Below the pieces are notes generated by a model. That model was not told where the DNA came from, made no database searches, and saw only the letters and a program-made list of their open reading frames with translations. From NCBI GenBank assembly GCA_017481235.1, contig JAFUPL010000050.1:1-54940 (forward strand): a stretch of DNA of 54,940 nt, read 5' to 3'. The translations under genes were made by a program, and so were the position numbers. The DNA comes from Clostridia bacterium (GTDB lineage Bacteria; Bacillota; Clostridia; Christensenellales; UBA1242). Within the stretch, counting starts at the first letter, position 1. Every line of letters begins with the position of its first letter. Of this stretch, positions 50,540 through 54,940 are shown piece by piece.

Positions 50540-51052
50540 TTAGTCTTTTGCTTTGAAAACTTTACCGCAAACAGCAGCAATAACGTTAACAATTGCAACA
50601 ACCCAAAGACCAGCACCAACACTGTATGCTTCTTTAGCAGCCTTTTCAGCAGCGTCACCAAACTTTGCAGCTTGGTCAATAAGTTCGCCACGGATACCAA
50701 AGTTAGCAATTAGTGTAAGGATTGAAACTACAGCCAAAGCAATTAATGCATATGCGCCAATAGTGCTAATAATTGCTGGAACTTTGACAACGTTTAATGC
50801 TGATAATAGTTGAAGAACTGCTACAACAATTAAAACAATAGCAAGAACAACTAAAATCCAAGCAAAGATACGATACCAAGTAACAGCAGTCATATCTGCT
50901 TCGCCCCAAGCCTTATCAGTTAACACCTTCCAACCTGAAACATTTTCCTTATCACCAATGCCATAATCCATTGATAGAATAGGTAATGATAGGAAAACTA
51001 GTGATAACACTCCTGCCAATCCTGAAATGATTGCTCCTAAAAACTTTTTCAT
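50540..51052 (-). CDS. Four-TM membrane protein
   Basis: Four hydrophobic helices; AGGAGG RBS and TTGACA promoter. Confidence 0.75.
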   Translation of the reverse strand: MKKFLGAIISGLAGVLSLVFLSLPILSMDYGIGDKENVSGWKVLTDKAWGEADMTAVTWYRIFAWILVVLAIVLIVVAVLQLLSALNVVKVPAIISTIGAYALIALAVVSILTLIANFGIRGELIDQAAKFGDAAEKAAKEAYSVGAGLWVVAIVNVIAAVCGKVFKAKD

Positions 51053-51315
51053 AAAAACCCTCCTTTTGATATTTTTATTGTATCAAATATGTTTGTAATT
51101 TGTCAAACATATTTAACAAATTTATTATTATTTTATTAAATTTTTATTGATTTTATGCTATTTTTAATAACTTTAATGAATATTTTACTTATATTTGCGT
51201 TATTTTTTGTTTTTTATAATCATATTTTACATGGTATGTTTAAATTTATAAATATTAGTGTAAAAAATATTTGCTATTTTTTTACTTTTTAAATATAATA
51301 GTATTAGGAGTTTTT

Positions 51316-52089
51316 ATGATATTAGAATTTGACAACGAACCTTATGCTGTAGTAGAACCAAAAAGTTCCATTAAACGAAGTATTAAAAATTTCCCATCAA
51401 CAGCAGTATCTTTTTTTTCAAAAGCATTAATGCATAAATTTATAGACCTGTATCACCCTAAAAAAATTGCCGAACTTTCACATAGTTCAGGTACATACCC
51501 TATTTACGTAATTAATGAAGATGGAGTTGATATTGCCGTTTATCAATCTATGATTGGTGCGCCTGCTTGCGTATTACAATATGAGGAAATGATTGCTTTG
51601 GGTATTAAAAATCTTGTACTAATTGGTTCTTGCGGATGTTTGGATAATCATATTGAAGAATTTTCAATTATTATACCTCATGAAGCAGTTAGGGACGAAG
51701 GCACTAGCTATCACTACTATCCTAAAAATGATGAAATCCGTATGAATGCAAGGGTGGTTAAAATACTTGAAAAAGTTTTAAAACAACGTGAATATAGTTA
51801 TATTAAAGCAAAAACTTGGACCAATGACGCATTTTATCGTGAAACTAAGTCAAAAGTTAAAAGTAGACGTGAAATGGGTTGTAGAGTTGTGGATATGGAA
51901 TGTTCGGCAATGATTGCTGTGGCACGATTTAGAAAAGTCAATTTTGGTCAACTATTCTACTCTGCCGACAACCTTGATAGTGACTACTGGGACCCACGAC
52001 ATCTTCGAAACTATGCACTTAACAAGCGTCATCATATGATACCGCTTGCTATTGCTTGCGCTAAACAAATGTATTTCGATATGAAATAG
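51316..52089 (+). CDS. Nucleoside phosphorylase (PNP/UDP family)
   Basis: GAPA, IGSCG, RDEGTSYHY, WTNDAFYRET, VDMECSA; start re-called at ATG 51316 (AGGAG). Confidence 0.9.
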   Translation: MILEFDNEPYAVVEPKSSIKRSIKNFPSTAVSFFSKALMHKFIDLYHPKKIAELSHSSGTYPIYVINEDGVDIAVYQSMIGAPACVLQYEEMIALGIKNLVLIGSCGCLDNHIEEFSIIIPHEAVRDEGTSYHYYPKNDEIRMNARVVKILEKVLKQREYSYIKAKTWTNDAFYRETKSKVKSRREMGCRVVDMECSAMIAVARFRKVNFGQLFYSADNLDSDYWDPRHLRNYALNKRHHMIPLAIACAKQMYFDMK

Positions 52090-52154
52090 TAATTAATTAC
52101 ATAAATAAAAACTTTAAAAATTGTTTACATTAAAATAAAAGGGGAATTACACTT

Positions 52155-53432
52155 ATGAAAAAAACAAATTTATTAAAATCATTGTGCGCAGTCGCAGTTG
52201 CTGGAACTTTATTAATATCTGGTTGTTCTATACTTCAACCTCACCAACACGAACACACCAAATCCCAAATTGTCAACCCTACTCAAACTGAGATGGGTTA
52301 CACTTTGCACACTTGCTATTGTGGTGAAACTTTTAAAGATAACTATACTTGTCTTATAACTTTTGAAAACAGCGAGTCATCAAACACTTCTCTACCTCAA
52401 ATTGAACCACAAATAGTAAGTAAAGACAGTATTTTTAATGGTGTTGCAAATGTTGATAACTATTACACACAAGAATATCGAAATTATATAACGGATAGTT
52501 TTTATACAAATTTATATCCTGGTCAAATTATATCTAATTGTTGCACTATCCAACTTGTATGGAATTCACTATTATCAGCACCTACTCAAACACAACTAGA
52601 CTTTGCTTCATTAATTCAAAAAATTGCAAAGTTAGAGGAAATTTCTAAGCAATACAACATTGACAAAAATTCTACTGCTGACCCTCAAATAAGAGTAATG
52701 CAATATATACGTCAAAGTAGATATAGTGGTTTTATTTATAATGCACCTGCTGGTACAATAGAAAGCGATTTTGCTCAATATGTAATCGACAATCAATTCC
52801 CATTAGACATACAATCACTTCAAACAATTAATACCATTACAATCCCTACAACTGGTGAACAAGTAGATTTTGTGCATATGATGTACACAATAAATGTAAT
52901 AGCACTTAATGGTATTGACCCTACAGATGAAAAGACACTTAATAATTTTCAATTACATGATTTGGCTGGTTGGGGTGGCGACCTATGTCAATTAGCAAAG
53001 GAATTAAAAACAAATAATGTTGCTGACGACCAACTTGTAAATCAAGCAATTTCATTATTTAATAGTGTGGATAGCAGTTTTAGTTGTTATGATGTGCGTG
53101 CAGATTTTGATGCTATCAATATAGCAAAGTTATATAATACTCTTGCTAGCAACAAATCAATATCTTATGCTATGACACAATATTATGGAGCGGTAAACGC
53201 TAATCAACGAAAAGTAGACGTATTACTTAATGCCTTCCCAGAATTTATTAATGCTGAAACTGGCGAATTAACTAAAACTCAAACTGAAATGACAGCTGAT
53301 ATCATCACACGATTAAGTTCTAATTCTGGAATTAGTGGTTGGTGTATGATGAATAGTTTAAACTTCACTACCGATGCCCTAAAATTTAGTGCTGTAGCAA
53401 ATGCATTTGCAAATCATTTTGTTGGTGAATAA
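52155..53432 (+). CDS. Lipoprotein with His/Cys repeat module and DFxH...DLAGWGGDL domain
   Basis: LISG-C lipobox; HEHT..PTxTExGYTxHTCxCG module; C-terminal VDFVHM, DLAGWGGDL, DVRADFDAINI. Confidence 0.7.
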   Translation: MKKTNLLKSLCAVAVAGTLLISGCSILQPHQHEHTKSQIVNPTQTEMGYTLHTCYCGETFKDNYTCLITFENSESSNTSLPQIEPQIVSKDSIFNGVANVDNYYTQEYRNYITDSFYTNLYPGQIISNCCTIQLVWNSLLSAPTQTQLDFASLIQKIAKLEEISKQYNIDKNSTADPQIRVMQYIRQSRYSGFIYNAPAGTIESDFAQYVIDNQFPLDIQSLQTINTITIPTTGEQVDFVHMMYTINVIALNGIDPTDEKTLNNFQLHDLAGWGGDLCQLAKELKTNNVADDQLVNQAISLFNSVDSSFSCYDVRADFDAINIAKLYNTLASNKSISYAMTQYYGAVNANQRKVDVLLNAFPEFINAETGELTKTQTEMTADIITRLSSNSGISGWCMMNSLNFTTDALKFSAVANAFANHFVGE

Positions 53433-53611
53433 ATTAAAAATAGACGATTAATTTCGTCTATTTTTTAATACCAACTTGTAGTTTGGTATAACTAAATTTA
53501 TGTTTAATTATAGTATGTTTTTAGTTATAGTTATGTGTAAAATTATTATAATAAAAAAATAAGTGTTCCAACCAACACTTATTTTTATTAGGATTAAAAC
53601 TTATCCATTAA

Positions 53612-54283
53612 TTAAAAGTTTCCGTTTGCTTGTGCAGCAACTTCAGCAGCGAAGTCATCTTTACGTTTTTCAATACCTTCACCAACTTCCCAACGAATAA
53701 ATCTACGAATTGTGATTTTTTCGCCGATAACAAGAGTTAATTCGTTGATAATATCTTGAACTTTCTTGTCTGGGTCTTTGATGAATGGTTGATTTAGAAG
53801 ACAAACTTCTTCATAATGCTTATTTAACTTACCTTCGATAATTTTTTCCAAAACTGCTTCAGGTTTGTTAGCATTTTTAGGGTCATTTTTAAGTTGAGCA
53901 ATAAAGATTTCCTTTTGTTCAGCAATATAAGCAGCACTTAAATCTGCTGGACTAACAGCAAGAGGATTAGTAGCAACTACTTGCATAGCAAAATCTTTAG
54001 CAGCTTCTAGCAACTTTGGATTTTTAGCAGCAAAGTCAGTTTCAGTGTTAACTTCAACCATTGCTACTTTTTGGTGAAGATTCATGTGGTCATAAATACC
54101 CATTGTACCTTCAGCAGCAATACGTCCAGCTTTCTTTTCAACTTTCTTAGCACTATTTTTGTTTAAAATTTTGATGGCTTCGTCAACGTTTCCGTTAGCT
54201 TCAGTCAAAGCCTTTTTACATTCCATCATGCCAACACCAGTCATTTGACGTAGGTCAGCAACCATTTTTGCGGTAATTTCCAT
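53612..54283 (-). CDS. tsf: Elongation factor Ts (short form)
   Basis: [37 protein letters not shown]. Confidence 0.96.
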   Translation of the reverse strand: MEITAKMVADLRQMTGVGMMECKKALTEANGNVDEAIKILNKNSAKKVEKKAGRIAAEGTMGIYDHMNLHQKVAMVEVNTETDFAAKNPKLLEAAKDFAMQVVATNPLAVSPADLSAAYIAEQKEIFIAQLKNDPKNANKPEAVLEKIIEGKLNKHYEEVCLLNQPFIKDPDKKVQDIINELTLVIGEKITIRRFIRWEVGEGIEKRKDDFAAEVAAQANGNF

Positions 54284-54300
54284 AAATTTAATCTCCCCTA

Positions 54301-54864
54301 TTATTTATTTTCTTCAACAACTTCTTCTGCAGGTTGTTCTTTTTCATCAGCAATCTTATTAGTAACTGTTGATTTCACAACTGCGTCCATAGAAACTTCT
54401 TCATCACTTGCGTTCATATCACGAAGTGTAACACCATCACGACCTTCAATAATAGCGTCAGCCAATGCGTTAAGAATTAACTTAACTGAACGAATAGCGT
54501 CATCATTAGCAGGAATGCACACATCAACATCATCAGGGTCACAGTTAGTGTCAACGATACCAACAACTGGTATACCTAGACGCTTAGCTTCCTTAACACA
54601 AATGTGTTCAGTTTTAGGGTCTACCATAATGATAAGTCCTGGAAGTGTAGTCATGTCCTTAATACCTAACAAATTAGCTTGTAATTTGTCACGTTCGTTT
54701 TTAAGTTTGATAACTTCCTTCTTAGGTAGCAACTCAAAGTCACCCATTTGTTCCATGCTGTTAAGCTTGTTCATACGATTGATACGTGTACGAATAGTAC
54801 TAAAGTTAGTTAAAGTACCACCTAACCAACGACTATTTACATAGTACATACCAGCACGTTCAGC
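54301..54864 (-). CDS. rpsB: 30S ribosomal protein S2, C-terminal part
   Basis: [27 protein letters not shown]; sequence beyond 54864 is a duplicated segment. Confidence 0.95.
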   Translation of the reverse strand, partial: AERAGMYYVNSRWLGGTLTNFSTIRTRINRMNKLNSMEQMGDFELLPKKEVIKLKNERDKLQANLLGIKDMTTLPGLIIMVDPKTEHICVKEAKRLGIPVVGIVDTNCDPDDVDVCIPANDDAIRSVKLILNALADAIIEGRDGVTLRDMNASDEEVSMDAVVKSTVTNKIADEKEQPAEEVVEENK

Positions 54865-54940
54865 TTTAAGTTTGATAACTTCCTTCTTAGGTAGCAACTC
54901 AAAGTCACCCATTTGTTCCATGCTGTTAAGCTTGTTCATA
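54865..54940. repeat. 76-bp exact duplicate of 54700..54775 at the window end
   Basis: Identical sequence encoding [25 protein letters not shown] twice. Confidence 0.9.

Noticed and set aside
53612-54283. Short EF-Ts as a truncation
   Set aside because: Short (~200-220 aa) EF-Ts forms are known; N- and C-terminal motifs are intact.

Overview
AT-rich chromosomal window from a spore-forming, low-GC Clostridia-like Firmicute (inferred from sigK, spmAB, ctsR-mcsA-mcsB-clpC and the tgt-yajC-TIGR04086-secD-secF-recJ-rel synteny); it looks like an uncultured gut lineage. The backbone is housekeeping: ppdK (partial), parE/parC, clpC operon, lepA-hemW, sigK, rel, recJ, secDF, yajC, tgt, tsf, rpsB (partial), three tRNAs (Ser-GGA, Cys-GCA, Leu-TAA) and RNase P RNA. 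Orphan genes, two tandem paralog pairs, large LRR surface proteins and several short palindromic repeats are interspersed. No CRISPR array, rRNA, integrase or transposase was seen. Most notable observations: (1) a 1145-aa XRE-HTH / TM / trypsin protease / InlB-B repeat / BspA-LRR fusion with a palindromic operator-like site, a candidate one-component transmembrane sensor; (2) an ~80-bp four-way-junction element with compensatory changes, directly repeated on both sides of an orphan gene; (3) a G9 tract that frameshifts a giant LRR surface protein off its signal peptide (phase-variation-like); (4) several full-length core proteins lacking catalytic motifs (McsB, Rel hydrolase domain, SecD proton-relay Asp, an ABC ATPase); (5) an unannotated 57-aa Asn-rich repeat peptide; (6) apparently leaderless sigE/sigK sporulation transcripts. 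All family assignments come from motif recognition by eye; no database searches were run.
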